Assembly (NCBI GenBank): GCA_964187785.1
Contig: OZ076421.1
Coordinates: 36,022,001 to 36,086,000, forward strand
Origin: Amphiscolops sp. MND2022
Taxonomy: Eukaryota
DNA length: 64,000 nt
Reading direction: 5' to 3'
In this document: one piece after another, positions 37,672 through 50,969 of the stretch
Position numbering within the stretch: position 1 is the stretch's first letter
Layout: each line of letters opens with the position of its first letter
Notes under the pieces: generated by a model
The model's input: only the letters and a program-made list of their open reading frames with translations
The model's database searches: none
What the model was told of the DNA's origin: nothing
Position numbers and translations under genes: made by a program

Positions 37672-39546
37672 CGTGGAAAATGAGGTTCCAATGGTGGTTG
37701 GAGTTGATAAATGCTACTCCTTCAAATTTCCCTCGCATTCGCTTATTGGATAAGTGGACACATTCGTTTTCTGAACCTGTTCCTATCCAATCAACTTTGA
37801 GTGTGTCAACACCCTCTACGTGTGGACCCGCGCAATTATTGACGCAATTAATTTCCGCGTTCAGTATTGCAAAAGGTGGGTGCTATCAGATGATATCAAA
37901 ACTTTGGTGCGGATGCTCTTGAAAAATCGACGGGACGGGAAATGGTGTATCCGGGTATTCTTCGACGCCAGCTAGTTGATAACATCCGCTATGATCAAAC
38001 TGACTTCTTACAAGCCCCTCATCATATAACCTTTTGCTGCCCAGAGAATTTTGAGACAAATTCCGCAGCCTTTCGCTATATCTTTTAGGAGCACGCAACG
38101 GATGCTATTTTTCAATTGCAACTTGAACTAGAGGGTGCTAACACTACCGGAATCTCTTTTTGACGGACACCCGCAAGTGATACACTTGTTGGTCACTCAA
38201 TCTACACCACGCTGCCCAATGAAAACGGACGTTTTTTTCTTGTGTCTCGTGAAATTAAAACTCGAAGATGGCAATGCACTAAAAGTGCATTTTTCGATCA
38301 TTGACCCTGAACGTCCGTTACGCATCCTTTTTGATTTTTAGGCCTGCTTAATAGACATTTTCGTCCATACTCGCTTATTCGTAATTCTCCACGATCGCAC
38401 GTGCGCTTCGATCGCAAGCAATTCTCTTTTGCCTTCACTTCTACGTTAACCTTTAGTACTTAGTCTTCTTCTGTTAATGTTTCCTTTCTTTCTGTAAACC
38501 TTCCTTCCACTTGGGGTAGCTATGCTGATAAAACGACTATTGGCACGTCGGCTGACTTACATATGCGTACATTTTTTCAGAACGCATTGATCATGAATCG
38601 CGACGATCATCACAACAAAGCCCGGCCGCGATCTTATACCTACTCGCCCGGTATGGGACAACAAAATTATGACGCCACCACAGTCCACATAATATCACAA
38701 GCGTCTGAGTCATGGCGTTTTTCCCGCAACTGTCGCCTGACTAGCAGCCATGACTAGCAGTCACAGACTCAATGCTTTTATTATCCGTCAACCTCATATC
38801 AGCCTTTCCAGGCTTTCAACGAGCAATGACGTTCCAGACGGAACTTTCTCCCTAACGATGGGTACGACCTAACCCATCATTTTAGCGATGACCGTGCCTC
38901 TATATCGTACAGCGCTGCAAATGTAGGTGTTCAACAGGATCCCCCACTCCAGCTCCCTGCTAATCCATCACCTCCTCCACCAGCAGCGTCAAACTCATAC
39001 CCACGAGCCGGAGAGCCCGCGGGTTCTCAGGCGCGCCTACGTCTTCCTACTCAACACGATATGATCGACCGTCCAATCTCTGAACAAGCCGTTATGTCTG
39101 CCCTGCAAGCTTTCGCCGGAAATCCCGACTATGCGGATTTCATGCATACCATGGAACAGTATTGGCCCAGGCTACGTACTATCACCTTGCATCACCATTC
39201 CGAACATCAACACATCAAACGAACGGTCTCACATTACCATTCTCAATGTGAACCTACTTCCGATCAACCTGGTCACTCGCGATATGGTACGCTTGAGCGT
39301 AGCCGTTAACATTCAACTGCTTTTGATGCCTTCTTCTCTAAAACGGGAAGTGGAGCGCCACCTGGCTTCCCGAAAGCGTAATTATTGTTCTCCCTCTCGG
39401 GCTGTCACCAGTTCGACGGCATAGAAAGTGCGAGACAGTCCCTCGAGCAAGCCGCCACCTGACAAGAAGGTATCAAACAACATCAGCGCCCACAAGCAAG
39501 CTGAGCCAATTACTTTAATCGAGGAGAATTTGGGCAAGAGAAGAGC

Positions 39547-40062
39547 TTGATCGTTGAAATCAGTGAGGTTGTTGGGAAGATGGGCCTCAATAAAGTGTTG
39601 GTCCTGTTGTTGGCCTTCGGTCAGCAGCGGTTCGTTGAAGGGCCTGTAGTTATCCTGGCGGAACTGATAGCTGAGTGCAGCCTGGAGCGTTTCTTCTCAT
39701 ACTTGGTGAAGGCTCGAGGTAAAATGCAAGAGTTGGTTGCCTTCGCCAAGATCCTACGAAAAAAGCATGCCCAAAGGCATCCTGAACAGTTAGAGGCTAT
39801 GAAACGTTTTCTGTGGCATTGTATTTATTGCAGCCTGGTGTATTCCTCGGGTCTGTTCGTTTACATCGACAGCACCCCACCATTGTATGACGGACGACAG
39901 CTAATCTCCGAGGTCGCAGGGTTCTTGACACCGAACCAACTGGCCGATTTCACGCTATCAGTGTTTGAGGGTTTGATACCGGTTTTAACACCCATTCTTA
40001 CACCCATATATGCTTCCATTGGGATTATGCGCTACCCGACGAAACCTCTGCGGTTGGCATGA
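39547..40062 (+). other. Unassigned helical ORF, sense cargo of Gypsy element 1
   Basis: 171-aa L/V/F-rich open frame with no recognised motif; flanked by P/Q-rich (38563-39309) and acidic T/E/P-rich (40752-41042, with AKRKR) ORF fragments. Confidence 0.4.
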
Positions 40063-43000
40063 GACCTTGAGTGCATCAATCTCGATGTTTTTGAAAAACA
40101 AAAGACAACACGATTGTCAACAAATGCTGCAGAAAGGTCTTTTTATGCACGTACCGGGGAATGTATACCATGATAAAGACAGAAATTCAACAAAATCGAA
40201 TTCTGATGGCCATCTTGAAAGCCAGGACCAAGAAAACCTGCTAACTGCCGCGAGAGTATGGACCAGTCAAATGGTATGGCTCCCCACTCGATGGAGCAGC
40301 CATGCCTGTTAGATACTATTGGAGTCTGACTACACTCAGAGCATAGGTAAATGAGAGCTTGCAAGCTATTGGTGGCCATACGAATCGCAAAGATTGCTTT
40401 CAGATGATAAAGGTCCTGGTAAGGTATTGGCGAGGAGCCTTATGAATTCAGCGAGCGAAGTTATCAGTTTGGTGGAGCGCGGCTTTGATGAGCAATTCTG
40501 TTACCGCAACCAATACAAACTGTGAGTGTGGATGTCTCGCACCCTTGAAGACAGACAAGGTCGCCTTCGAGAAAAGGCTGTGCCTCCCGAAATTGTACCC
40601 CTTGGAATCCAGAGGCCCGGGTGACTATGGGCAGAATTATGCCAGCCGAAACTTGCTACCACGTAGCAACCCCCTTGGACCAAAACGGGAAGCATCCAGC
40701 CAAATATTTTGACAACGGAACAAAGAAAACTGGTCCAGAGCCTGCGGACTCTTGGATAGACCTGACTTACGTCTTACAATTAGTGCTAAGCGGAAGCGTA
40801 CAGTAACACCACGAACCAACCAAGCGAGTACCTCAGCAGCAACCTGCGTCCCTCGGGACGTTGAAATCCCGGCGGGACCCCGTTCTACCGAAGCGACAGT
40901 ACAAACGACTAACGAAGTAGAAGTGAGAGTAGAGCTCTCGCTGGAAGTGGCGACGCCAGTACCTACAGAAAATCTCGAAGACGAAATTCCGCATACGCCA
41001 GAGAGTGCAGGCACCCCGGACGGAAATGAGGCTGGCCAGTGAGGAAGCCCTGAGCGGAGGGTGTCCCTCTCAGAAAGAAGGAAACAAGTCCAGTCAAGCT
41101 AAAGCACGACATAACTCAGCCGCTTCATGAAGGAAGTAAATGAAGTCCAGAACTCTCACAACCTGATAAACAGCAAGCAGAGACCGATATCATTAAAAGT
41201 GCATTAGCATAGGTAAAGCCCGAGGGCTTCACCCTTCTGCATACTTCAAGCTAAAACTAGCCAAACTGACTACATTTAGTATTCTGCAATAGCAAAAAAG
41301 TTTGCATTTTTAGTTAATGTTTTATAGGTGCTTAGTGCTAGCATACTGGTGCTACTACAGCCCATTTTAGTTTTTGGTTTTTGACTACAGCAAAAGAATC
41401 AAAGAGGACAAAGAAAAAAACAGTACCTGAGATGATACCCGCGATTCTACAATCTTTTTTTTGAGTCGCTGGTTGAAATTGAGAATTAGTCTTACAAAAG
41501 ATACTTTACTCTGCAATAATTAAGTGTTTTTACGGCAGCTGCTCTCAAAAGCAATTTTCCCTGGCCCAGCAGTGTAAAGCTTCCGAGCTTTGGAAAAGAA
41601 ATCCAAATAATGTCGTGTATTGGTTACAAACCAAAAATGAAGTTTACATGGATCACTGCCGTAAACGGTGTTTTTTGGCGATGCACCAAAAGAATATTTA
41701 CTTGTCTAGTTTGTTCACGGTAGTCAAAACTAAACCATGGCAGTGTAAAGTTTCGTATAGGAAGTAGTTTTTGTTCATTCGACGAATCCTGCGTGGTTTC
41801 TGAGATGGCCACCCCATGTAATGATGACCTCTCGTCTAGAAGGGAACACGATGTCGTCTATGCAATGACGATGATGACTTGGTGCTCTGGTTCAATAACC
41901 CAGCTGCCCGATTGACAGGGACGTCAAGCATAGGCACTGGGGAGTGTGTAACGACCACCCAGCACCGATGTCTGAAAAGTTCCTTCAAGGGACTAGATTT
42001 TACCGATTTTAGTCATATGTCGCTAATCGCTTCTATGTCTCTAAAAAAGACCTGCCAGCTGAATCAAAAAAACCCAGAGCGACACAGTGCAAAGAGCAGA
42101 CCCACAGAACGAAGACAGAAAAAAGTGAATCGAGAAAGTGCAAATCACGCCAGCAAATAGACTGAAATCTGCTATTTGTGCCAATACGGACTTTTGTTTC
42201 GACCGGCGCCTTCTTTAGCAAGTTGCTACTGATGGTTGCAATTACTTAAAATGAGTCAGGTCGCTTGAGCAAGCATCCGTGACAAAGAAATTTACCTTTG
42301 CCGCCACCGTCATTTTTAAGGGCATCATTTATCTGAGCGGTAGTTTCGAGAATAAAGCGTAATTCACGCTATCGATAGCAATTAAAAACTGGACCAGGTC
42401 GGCGAGCACGCCACACGAGGCGGAATCCTCCTCTGACGGGACAGTTTTTACTCAAAGGAGGCTAAATGGGCTCATGGCGTTCATACGTTAGCAATAGCAG
42501 AGCTGAAGAATAATGTTTTAACGTAGTTTTTGCAGCGACATTTCAACCCTCTAACCATCCAATCTAGCATCATGTGTCTTTGAAATGAGCTTTCTAGCTT
42601 AGCGGACATTTTGAACCACACAAAATTGTTTTTACCAAGTTTTGAAAAGAATTTTTATTGGCGAATGCTGCAAAATCTTTTATTGCCCCTGTGTGCACTC
42701 AAAATGGTCAATATGAAACCTAGCTCTCAACTGACAATCCGTGAGCATGCTTTTGCCTGTTTAGTTATCGACTATCTTGGTTGTATTCCTGAATTCCACT
42801 GATCGGTGATCCTGCCCCCTTTTTTGAAGGCTGCTTCTTGAACGGTGGCCCTGAGAAAGTTGCAGTAAGATGCCCGTTGTTAGCTTCAGTGAAAGACCGC
42901 ATTAAGACTGAATAGCGTCTTAAAAGACGGGACACCCTTCCCGGGACCGGTACCACTCAGAAAAAATGGGCTTGTTTGTCAAGATTAATTAATTTAAACA

Positions 43001-43549
43001 GAAAAGTGGACCTTTCGAGGTGAGTGTTGTTTTCTATGGAAGAAGTTTTAAATTCAATCATGGTGCAAATCTGATGTCCTCAGATGAAATTCGTTTCAAG
43101 TTGTACACTAAATTTAGACCCTCTACAAATGGTCCTTATCATTGCTCATAGAGTACCACCAGTCATTCATTATGTTAGTTTGGTCAGTGTCGTCTATACC
43201 GCAGTCAGGCTGCTGAAAAAAGATGTCATTAGTACAGCAGTAATGTTGTGGTATGCTTCTGTTTTTTGTAAAACAGTTCCGATCAAAACAATTTTGCATT
43301 AGATTAAAAAATATAGCTCGTACAGCGACACTCATATCAGGCGACAACTCATATCAATAAAATCCATATTCGAAAATCAGGTTCTATATAAGAACAAGTG
43401 TGAAAAATATATTCCAATTGTTTCATTAATCAATCAGAAGAAAATAGTTGATTGAAAATCAACTTTAAATATTATAGAATGGTAACCAAATTTTACTGTA
43501 CTTTCAAATGCCACTGATAATCAGTTCATTTTCACAGCGCCACAATTTT

Positions 43550-44090
43550 TCAAGGTATCAATTCATAAGGTAGAGGGTTGTTATTGAACTCTGGATTGTT
43601 TTTTTGATATTCCAGTTCAGAATGCATCTGGTATGTGACACAGATAGGGCAAAACATTACAATGTGACAAATATTGTGACGTTCTTCGAGTCGGAATCTT
43701 TGAACAAAATATTCACGCATAACAGAATATTCGAAAGAACTCGTTAAATAATTAATCGCGAGGACAGCAGCTAAACCCCCAAGAACCCATGGGGTGATTG
43801 CTTCCAGTCCAACAATTCGTAAAAGAGTGAGAAGGAAAAGAAGACAAAATAAAAACTTCTGTGAGAGCAAGCAAAAGCCAAAACAACAGCAAGTTTTTCT
43901 ACTGTCGGTGATAGCCTTCAACATTTTAATGATGGTTATTTCCATACATACAGTTGTTATCAATAGTACTTTTTTGTCTGTTCTCCAGCAATCTTCTAGT
44001 AGCAATTGTTGTTGCCATTTGTAGCGCTCTTCGCTATTTGGATTCGTGCTTCGTGGAGAAAACAGAATAGTTGCATAAGTTGGTTTGAGC
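43550..44090 (-). CDS. PLAC8/cornifelin-like Cys-rich membrane protein (probable internal or last exon)
   Basis: KWQQQLLLEDCWRTD N-motif, CCCFGFC, hydrophobic segments, R..F..RFRLE..CHIVMFCPICVTYQMHSELEY C-motif; candidate acceptor ttag at ~44091. Confidence 0.7.
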
Positions 44091-44556
44091 CTAAGTTAAC
44101 CTCTAAAAGGAAATCCTGCTAACTCTCAGTTGAAGTTGCTTGGAAGAAAATTAAACTCCATACCTTGGAAATGATTCTTGGGGAATTATATTCTCATGCA
44201 AAAAACAGCCTTGTTTCATTCAAAAACTTGGACCAAAGTATCAAATCAATATAAACACAAAAATGACACAATTTTGAAACTTTTTCATGCAACGTCGTGC
44301 AGCTCCGAAAATAACGATCAAATTTCTTTTGATTGGGAATAAGGGTATCAAAATACCAATGGGATGCCCCTTTTAACTATTATGCCAATTTGGAGAAGTT
44401 TTGTTAAATTTTGCATTTTGCAGTTGGTATGAAAAGGTAACTTCGACCGGATTGAAAGTGAAAACAATCCAAAAAGTCACTTTAAAATTGTTTCCATAAA
44501 GCGACTAAAAAGAAGATTCTTGGTTCATAATTGCTTCTGATGCAAAAATTTATTAT

Positions 44557-44980
44557 TGAACGCGTCCAGAAACAGCGGCGCCAAACAAAAATTGTGTCTG
44601 TAGAAAGGTAAAGTAAGGGAAACTGTGGAATTACTGAAACTCAACAGAAAACGAGCAGGCGGCAACGTCTAAACCCGAATTGAACTACTTGGAAGTTTTA
44701 CATGCTGCTTACATGCACGCACGCCTATTTTTTGCAAGACATGGAAAATTACGGAGCCTGCTCGGAAAAACTTTGTAGGATTACAAAGCAGCTTCCACTT
44801 TTTCAATTATTGTGGTAGTAACCGCGATAGAAAAGAGCAGTTAGTCTCAGTTGACTAAGTACCTGCCAAAGCTGAACACAGTGTTCTGCTAAAACAAAAT
44901 AGATCACCATTGTGGTCTGAGAAAGTTGAAATATAGTTGTTCATTCTCACGTTATTTTATCTACGCCGCTAGCTATAACA
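44557..44980 (+). repeat. 5' LTR (424 bp; left end inferred from TSD)
   Basis: Ends CTATAACA immediately before the PBS; its last 149 bp recur at 46481-46629. Confidence 0.75.
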
Positions 44981-46503
44981 TGGCGCTGCGAGACAACCAA
45001 CCAACATCGGGCATACCCGTATTCTGGCAAGATGCAGCCACAGAAAAACAATACGAATGGAGTCGATGGATAGAACTGTTTGAGGCGACACTCATGACAG
45101 AATCCTCCATATCGCTAGAAGAACTAACAAGAGATACGACATCAAACCCAAGAAAAAAGGAACTGATGGGAGGAGTGGAAGAACAAATTGCTGAGAAAAA
45201 AGCAGTAAGTTTCTTATATATTGCACTTGGGGAGGCTGCTAGAAAAATGCTACTAGACCGAAAACCGGATATGGACATAAAGGCTACAAAGCTAAAAGAT
45301 CTGTTGAAGGAATGCCAGGACGCATTTCAGAAGAAAAGGAATAGACTGATGGATCGCCACAAATTTCTTAATAGAAAGCAAAAAGAAGACGAAAGCTTGG
45401 AGCAGTTTTGGCACGTCCTAAACGGACTAGCTGCAAATTGCGACTTTGGAACGCAAACCACCGGGTTAGTGTACGATATTTTTGTATCGAATATGAAAAA
45501 TACAGCGGTACAGGAAAGGCTTTTCACAGAGCCAAAGGACAACCCGGAGGAAGCCTTAAAATTCGCAGTAGCCTTCGAACAAGGCGCACAACAGAAAAAA
45601 AACAATTTGTTTAAAGCCAACAACAACAACTATAAAAGAAGAACCAGTATTCGCTGTGGAGAAAACAAACGAATGCTACAAGTGTGGAGAGAAGCCATTC
45701 GTCGCTGGACATCAAAAGATCTGCAGGGCAAAAAAGTCCAGTGTAGAAATTGTGGAAAGATGGGACACTATGGACGAATGTGCCGCATAAAGCAACCAGA
45801 AACAAAACAAAAGACACCGTATCAAAAGAAAGTTAACGTTGTCCAAAAGAAAACAGAATGGAGCAGTTCGGAGAACGAATCCGGAGAAGAAGTAGAAATA
45901 CTCCACATCGACGAAGAAAAAAGATCTATAAATAAACCCTTCGTACTAAAAGGAAGATTCAACAGAAAACCCTTCCACGCACTCATCGACACCGGATCGC
46001 CTATCACCATCTTTACCAAAGCCCACGTAGAAAAAATGTTCGGGAAGAAGGAGTACAAATTGCAACCATTGGACGAGAACGAGAAATACATCGAATACAG
46101 TAGTAATAAAATTGAGTTTCTCGGAGCGATCATTGGACAGGTCGAAGCAGGATGGAAAAAGCTGGACAAAGTTAGGGCCCTAGTAGCAGAAAACGGAGCG
46201 CGCACTGTGATAGGCCGAGACCGGTTGAGAGGCTTGGGAGTGAAGCTAAAGACAGAAGGTGGTGAGTGTGAAATTAATTGTGTAATTAAGTCGAAAAACA
46301 AATTGTTTACAGAATTTAAAGATTTGTTCTCAAGACGCGGCCGCATAGAAGGGCACGAAATAAACGCACAATTTAAAGAAAATTGTGTACCAAAACAACA
46401 AAAGGGACGTCGAATACCATTACAACTCCAAGATTCTGTCGAAAAAGAACTAGAAAAATTGATAAAAAACGGAAACATCGAAAGAGCAGTTAGTCTCAGT
46501 TGA
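44980..46503 (+). pseudogene. gag-protease (and first RT residues) of the Mag-like element
   Basis: FWQ..W..W..LFE, RHKFLNRKQ, knuckle CRNCGKMGHYGRMC, ALIDTGS, RRIP..LQ..VEKELEKL. Truncated by the junction with LTR sequence. Confidence 0.9.
44981..44992 (+). promoter_or_regulatory. Primer binding site TGGCGCTGCGAG (tRNA-Ser-like)
   Basis: Starts TGG (complement of CCA) directly after the LTR end; resembles the complement of tRNA-Ser 3' ends. Confidence 0.7.
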
Positions 46504-46629
46504 CTAAGTACCTGCCAAAGCTGAACACAGTGTTCTGCTAAAACAAAATAGATCACCATTGTGGTCTGAGAAAGTTGAAATACAGTTGTTCATTCTCACG
46601 TTATTTTATCTACGCCGCTAGCTATAACA
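46481..46629 (+). repeat. Truncated 3' LTR
   Basis: Copy of 44832-44980. Confidence 0.9.
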
Positions 46630-46939
46630 ATTATAACTGAAAATTTTTCGACTTCTTCACAGGCTCGATCACTTTGTTTGCACATTTCTTTTTCTTGATA
46701 ATTCAACTTGTGTAATGACCACTATCTAAATCACAGGCTGAATATGGCGCTACTTTTAATTTTATAAAGTGACTGAAGTTGATTTGCATTAAAATAGTGG
46801 TAAAATTGATAAGCTCTCAGCTGCATTCAAAAAACGAACTAATGCTAATTAAAACTTGTAAGACTTCATGGCTGCGAATTGCCGCCAAATTTAGGATGCA
46901 TTGCTTGGTAACCTACGAAAACTTGTAAAACATTCAAAA

Positions 46940-47171
46940 AATGAATTTTTCTTCTCAAAGAGTCCCCCCTTCAATTTTTTTTTGGATTTTTGCGACAGAA
47001 TGGATGTTGAAAAATCCCTAAGGGTCCCCCTTTCAGTTTTTTTGGCATTGTTCGACTTTTTTCAATTTTTTTAAAAGGGTCCCCGGTTCAGCAGTACTTG
47101 GACATTTTGAAGTCCTTTTGCTATCTTTGAGCCTTAGATATGGCTACGACTTGGGCCGGTCCCGGCTTGTT
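46940..47171 (-). mobile_element. Family-1 repeat, short copy
   Basis: Terminus gagccttagatatggctacgacttgggccggtcccggcttgtt. Confidence 0.8.
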
Positions 47172-48723
47172 TAAATATCGGGCGCCCGTGTTAGGCCTGA
47201 AATGTGTAAAACAAAAACTTTAAATACGCACACTGTTTTTTCGAGGAAAATTTCAAAAAAAAATTTAAAACCTTTTGGTTCTAAATTCTCTCGATGTTGA
47301 AAATTTTTTGGAACTGAAAAAAGTACCCTTTAGTCTTGGGGCTCCTTGCGTACTCTTCAGAACTTAAGTGCAAAGTCTGTAAAAAATGGACCATTCAGGG
47401 TGAGGATTGTGGTCCCAAAAAGTGTTAAAAAGGGGCGACTAAAACCGGTTCGAAAATAATTGATCTCTAATTGTCACTATACATGCTTTGAAAATTGAAG
47501 TCAAAAAACGTCGTGAAAGTTACGCTTTTCTGCATCTTCATCCTTTGTCGAATTTGCATTTTATCAAGCATTAAGAGTAATCAATGATCTCTGATCAACC
47601 GGTCATTTATCGAGAAGCAAATCTAGATCCAGAAATTGTACTAACTCATAGGACATTTTCCCCAATGTGCATTCTTTACTGTGTTTTTGAGATGAAATAA
47701 CCCCTCTAGAAACATTTGCGAAACGCCGCTCGTTTACAATGAGAACCCAGATCCTTTTCAAGTTTTGCCAGAGACGAGTGTCTTTTGTGCACCGAAACAA
47801 TCAATCATCAAGCTCGTATCAAACGTAACTGAGTTCCATGTTCTAGGACTGTGTTTGGAGCTCATTTCAGACAGCGTGAAATTTTTCCGACTTCAATTCA
47901 CCAGAACAGTTTGGAGTCAACAAAAAACGCGAAATGTTTGTCATTTTCACGTGATTATTGCCCCCTGAAAACTTCATATACTTCTTGCGAATCAACTCTT
48001 CGGCTATTTATAAGCGACACTTTTTGAAGTAAAAAAGCCCGGTTTTTACAGGTGCAAGTTTTTTGGAAGATTACAATTTCTTTTCTGTAGTTTAGCCTAG
48101 GAATGAAAGCGTACTAAAAGAGGCTGAAGAAACCTCCCTTTGAATTTTTCTCATTGCTGCAGCACCTACGAACAAAAAAATGGTCCTTTAGAAAATTTTA
48201 GGTTTCCTCAAAGGGTCCTTATTAAGTATTCGGACATTATGAGATGAAAGGGCTTTTGCTGCGTTTTTTTGGCACTGTGTGGCTTTTTCTGGAAAATTTA
48301 GAATTTTATCCAAGAGTCCCCCTTGTACTTTGTTTCTGAAACTTTCAAGTAGGAAAAAGCCCTTCGAAGTCCTAATAATGTTTTTCGGCACAATGAAAAC
48401 TTTAGCGTATTTGAAAGATTTGGCACGTTTGGAGTATCCATAGGGGCCCCGGCATGATACGCTCTGGTCTTGTTTGTTCTTCTCGCTGCTCGTGTCTCGC
48501 TTTTAGCAAGTTTTGGAAAAATGTGGCTATTTGACGTTAGGTCATATTTACTGAATTGTCTTTCATATGTTTGTTTTTCATGAGGCGCGGATTAAAAACC
48601 ATGTTTTCATTTTTTATAAACTTTTGCAGTGGCTCAAGCTAGTAAAAAGCTGCATCCAATTTCCTTCTTTTTAAAAAGACCATATCAGATGCAATAACAT
48701 GTTTATGCAACTATGATTTTCAC

Positions 48724-48935
48724 GTTGTTGGATCAGCAGCAAAGGGGTTGCCTGTTGTGAAGGATGAGTCATACACGACTGGAGGTGTTACCAGATGAGC
48801 GAAAAGTGCTTCATCTGGAAGTGGTGATGTTCCGATGTTCGGATTGGGGTGTGAACGCTGACTCCCCAGAATTCCACATGGTTGGGGGTTGAAAAAGTCA
48901 ACTTCCAAGCGAGGGTCTTTCTTCTTTTGTGGTTG
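48724..48935 (-). CDS. Probable exon of an unidentified host gene
   Basis: Branch/acceptor gctaactcgcgattttaacag; open frame QPQKKKDPRLEVDFFNPQPC...AADPT; GT donor. No family recognised. Confidence 0.35.
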
Positions 48936-50003
48936 CTGTTAAAATCGCGAGTTAGCGGTTATTCGAGAAATAAGGTTGACAAATTTACAGATTTCAGTAG
49001 ATTCAATGGAAGTTTGTTTTTCAGGCTCCTAAGCTCAATTGAAACAAGCGTCCTGTTTGAAAAAACCTCAAAGTTTTTTTGATGGCGCCGTTCAGCACTG
49101 GGATTGTTTCCGCCCTGTTGAATACTATCAATATGCATACAATAAATGTTGAATAAATGCATAAACAAACATATGTGGTAGAAATTCCATTTTCGAATAA
49201 AAACTTCAGCTATTGCAAAAACTGGAAAAGAACATGCTTTTTTTCATTTCCTGTAATAGAAATATGGGCAGAAAATACCGGTGCCGAAATCATTAAATCT
49301 CCACCAGACCGATGACCAAACAACACTATAAACACACCTCGAGACCAATGAAAAACGTAAATATTACCCGCAAAGACCCATATAAACTCTCCAAGTTTGG
49401 AATTTAAAAAGTGTGCACTCAGAAGAAGCAGATTTTACCCAATTTCGTCGAAAAACTCAGAAACTTTGTTAAATCAAAGTCTCGGCGAGGCTTTGATTCT
49501 ATGTTTTGTTACAGTATCACGTATTGTTTCAGATATTCGTAGATGTTTTCTCTGTTAGATCTTACGTTTTCACCAAATTTAGTGAATAAAATGTATTTCA
49601 ACTAATTGCCGTTTCGGACCTCGGAATTATGTTTAGGTTTCTGTAGGAGTAGGGTCTCTTGTCTAGACAACCTAATCATCGTCCCAGCTCTAGTATTTGT
49701 TCCTCTTGCAGGACGTTGCTCGAAGACAACATTGAATTCATGGCTTTTGCAATACTCTGATAAAAGATACCACCGCAAAAGATCCAGATGCCACCGCAAA
49801 AAATACAGATGACACCACAGTGGTCCACTGCTGGGACTTGGGTTGAGCATCGGTGACCAGCAGTGACCTACAATTTGTTGTCATCCTGGGTATAAAATGA
49901 AAATGATCAATTTAATCTCAAAAAAGTCTCCAAAGGTCTTTCACTTTTATACTCTATGTGGAACCAACTAATGAAAAACCTTTCGGAGTTTACATTCACA
50001 TAC

Positions 50004-50117
50004 TTGGAACAGTGGGGAATTTGGAGCTCCATGTTGCGATTGCTTTGGGTCTTCGGTGTCATCTCCTCTGCCTGCTTTCATGAGAGGATTTGAGTACACA
50101 AAAGACGTTTCCTCGTT
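50004..50117 (-). CDS. Probable exon of an unidentified host gene, cut by the gap
   Basis: NEETSFVYSNPLMKAGRGDDTEDPKQSQHGAPNSPLFQ followed by a GTATGT donor. Confidence 0.35.
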
Positions 50118-50317
50118 NNNNNNNNNNNNNNNNNNNNNNNNNNNNNNNNNNNNNNNNNNNNNNNNNNNNNNNNNNNNNNNNNNNNNNNNNNNNNNNNNNN
50201 NNNNNNNNNNNNNNNNNNNNNNNNNNNNNNNNNNNNNNNNNNNNNNNNNNNNNNNNNNNNNNNNNNNNNNNNNNNNNNNNNNNNNNNNNNNNNNNNNNNN
50301 NNNNNNNNNNNNNNNNN
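50118..50317. other. Assembly gap (200 N)
   Basis: Run of n. Confidence 1.
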
Positions 50318-50969
50318 CACATCCGGGAAAAATAAGCCTAATCTTGAAACATTTCACGAGTAGCGTCATGAACTCAACAAATTTCCTGTCATGGATTCAA
50401 AAAATTTCTTAAAAGGATGACTATTTGCGGAAAGAAAGGGCTAAACCGGAAATGTGATTCATCTTAGATTTCATTATCACTGAAACAACCCAACTTGATC
50501 AAATGGCGGAAAAAAATCAAAACTGTTTAAACTGCGTGAACGAAACGGCCAGTACTGATAGAAGGAAAGTTTTCATGAAAATTGATGGAAAAGTTCTCGT
50601 TTGTTAATATCCTTTGGATTGATGCTAGGAGAAAAAGGGTTTCCAATTTTGGTGAATAAATCTGCACATTAAAATACTTATTGATGATGGAGATCAAAAA
50701 ATATGAAACATTGAGTTCCGAGAAACAAGGAATTGACTTCTGGGGCATTAGTTATCAAAAAACTGTGACCTTGATCATATTGTGAACAATAGGAGTTACA
50801 TTTTTCGAAGTAATCCCATAGTGATTCGTGATCTTAGGAAATAGTCAATTACCTACTCAGAAATGAGCGTACGCATCAATTGCTAAGACTTAATAGTGAA
50901 GACAAATTTTCAACTGAAGTAGCGTTGACGTTGCATGTTGGAGTTTAGTTAGTTAACTTGTGGCGTAGT

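Larger units (their letters stand above)
34365..41220 (+). mobile_element. Large Ty3/Gypsy-type element 1: decayed gag-pro, RT/RH/IN deleted, 3' cargo ORFs; boundaries approximate, LTRs not found
   Basis: gag PTVYKGTKD.TIDG; knuckles CFNCGQPGHFAR*C (35248-35289) and VNCGITEHSASQC; protease LTDTGSGVSI (~36020). No YxDD or integrase motif found between 36.8 and 41.2 kb. Confidence 0.75.
44557..46629 (+). mobile_element. Mag-like Ty3/Gypsy LTR element with a deletion from RT start into the 3' LTR
   Basis: Candidate TSD ATTAT at 44552-56 and 46630-34; TG..CA ends; 149-bp direct repeat 44832-44980 / 46481-46629 with one mismatch seen; PBS at 44981. Confidence 0.85.

Noticed and set aside
37672-37720. 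Ulp1/C48 protease motif AFINSNHHWNLIFHD
   Set aside because: No downstream catalytic Asp or QxNxxDCG found; the region is better explained as sequence upstream of the kinase-like domain.
38560-38565. CATATG head-to-head ATG palindrome here and at 52829-52834
   Set aside because: The opposite-strand ATG is not productive here; a 6-mer recurrence is expected by chance.
41220-42600. 3' LTR of Gypsy element 1
   Set aside because: No matching direct repeat near 33-34.4 kb and no convincing PPT followed by TG.
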